A stretch of DNA of 64,000 nt from Squalus acanthias (Eukaryota): the NCBI GenBank assembly GCA_030390025.1, contig CM059427.1, positions 57,660,001-57,724,000 on the forward strand, written 5' to 3'. Both the position numbers and the translations under genes were made by a program. Shown here one piece after another: positions 63,198 to 64,000 of this stretch. The notes under the pieces are model-generated. The model saw only the letters and a list, made by a program, of their open reading frames with translations, made no database searches and was not told where the DNA came from. The first letter of the stretch is position 1; the number at the start of each line of letters is the position of its first letter.

Positions 63198-63985
63198 TAC
63201 ACCGGCTCAGTTTGGTATATGCACTGCCCATTGTGGACCAGAGCAATACAGACCAGGAAGATCCAAGCGCCACCACTGAGCTATCTCAGAAGGTGGCAGT
63301 CAGGTCATTACAATTAGCCTCAGCACTCCTAAGCTAGAGAGGGGCAAATCATCCAGGGCTCTCGTTTCTGATTGTCATNNNNNNNNNNNNNNNNNNNNNN
63401 NNNNNNNNNNNNNNNNNNNNNNNNNNNNNNNNNNNNNNNNNNNNNNNNNNNNNNNNNNNNNNNNNNNNNNNNNNNNNNNNNNNNNNNNNNNNNNNNNNNN
63501 NNNNNNNNNNNNNNNNNNNNNNNNNNNNNNNNNNNNNNNNNNNNNNNNNNNNNNNNNNNNNNNNNNNNNNNNNNNNNNNNNNNNNNNNNNNNNNNNNNNN
63601 NNNNNNNNNNNNNNNNNNNNNNNNNNNNNNNNNNNNNNNNNNNNNNNNNNNNNNNNNNNNNNNNNNNNNNNNNNNNNNNNNNNNNNNNNNNNNNNNNNNN
63701 NNNNNNNNNNNNNNNNNNNNNNNNNNNNNNNNNNNNNNNNNNNNNNNNNNNNNNNNNNNNNNNNNNNNNNNNNNNNNNNNNNNNNNNNNNNNNNNNNNNN
63801 NNNNNNNNNNNNNNNNNNNNNNNNNNNNNNNNNNNNNNNNNNNNNNNNNCAACTGTGATGCCCCATGGTAAAATAGTCTATTGTGCTCGCTGCTTAGGCT
63901 CATACATTAAGGTTGGCTACTTAGACAGGATATCATAGAACAGCTAGTAACCATGGACCCATATCTTAGCATGAGTCAGTACTTA
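63198..63985 (+). mobile_element. Old tRNA-derived SINE spanning an assembly gap
   Basis: Head cggctcagtttggta. Body caattagcctcagcactcctaagctagagagggg before the gap, and ctgtgatgccccatggtaaatag...aggctcataca after it. Confidence 0.68.
63379..63849. other. Assembly gap (471 N)
   Basis: Run of N. Confidence 1.
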
Positions 63986-64000
63986 GCATGAGATAAAGAG

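Noticed and set aside
63349-63938. 163-188-aa ORFs
   Set aside because: Composed almost entirely of N-gap codons.

Overview
Eukaryotic (vertebrate) genomic DNA covering most of a ZEB2 (SIP1/ZFHX1B) gene on the minus strand. Coding exons equivalent to human exons 3-9 are complete, all with GT-AG boundaries and one continuous reading frame. The last coding exon runs off the left edge, and the large intron 2 fills 33372-64000, so the ATG exon lies beyond the right edge. The repeat content (CR1 and L2 LINE fragments, DeuSINE-type tails, an old tRNA-derived SINE, short TIR elements and a Penelope-like remnant) suggests a cartilaginous fish; this is an inference. The most striking object is a TSD-flanked Penelope-like insertion at 46578-46775. 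On the ZEB2 pre-mRNA strand it reads as a minimal type I hammerhead ribozyme whose helix I is extended into a perfect 53-bp duplex. Also notable: a Q-to-K change in the Smad-binding (QxVx)2 motif, a 775-bp TIR element with a 3-bp TSD nested in a CR1, several hairpin palindromes, and TE-poor candidate conserved non-coding blocks. Repeat family names and human comparisons come from recalled knowledge, not database searches. Repeat boundaries are approximate unless a TSD or TIR is cited.
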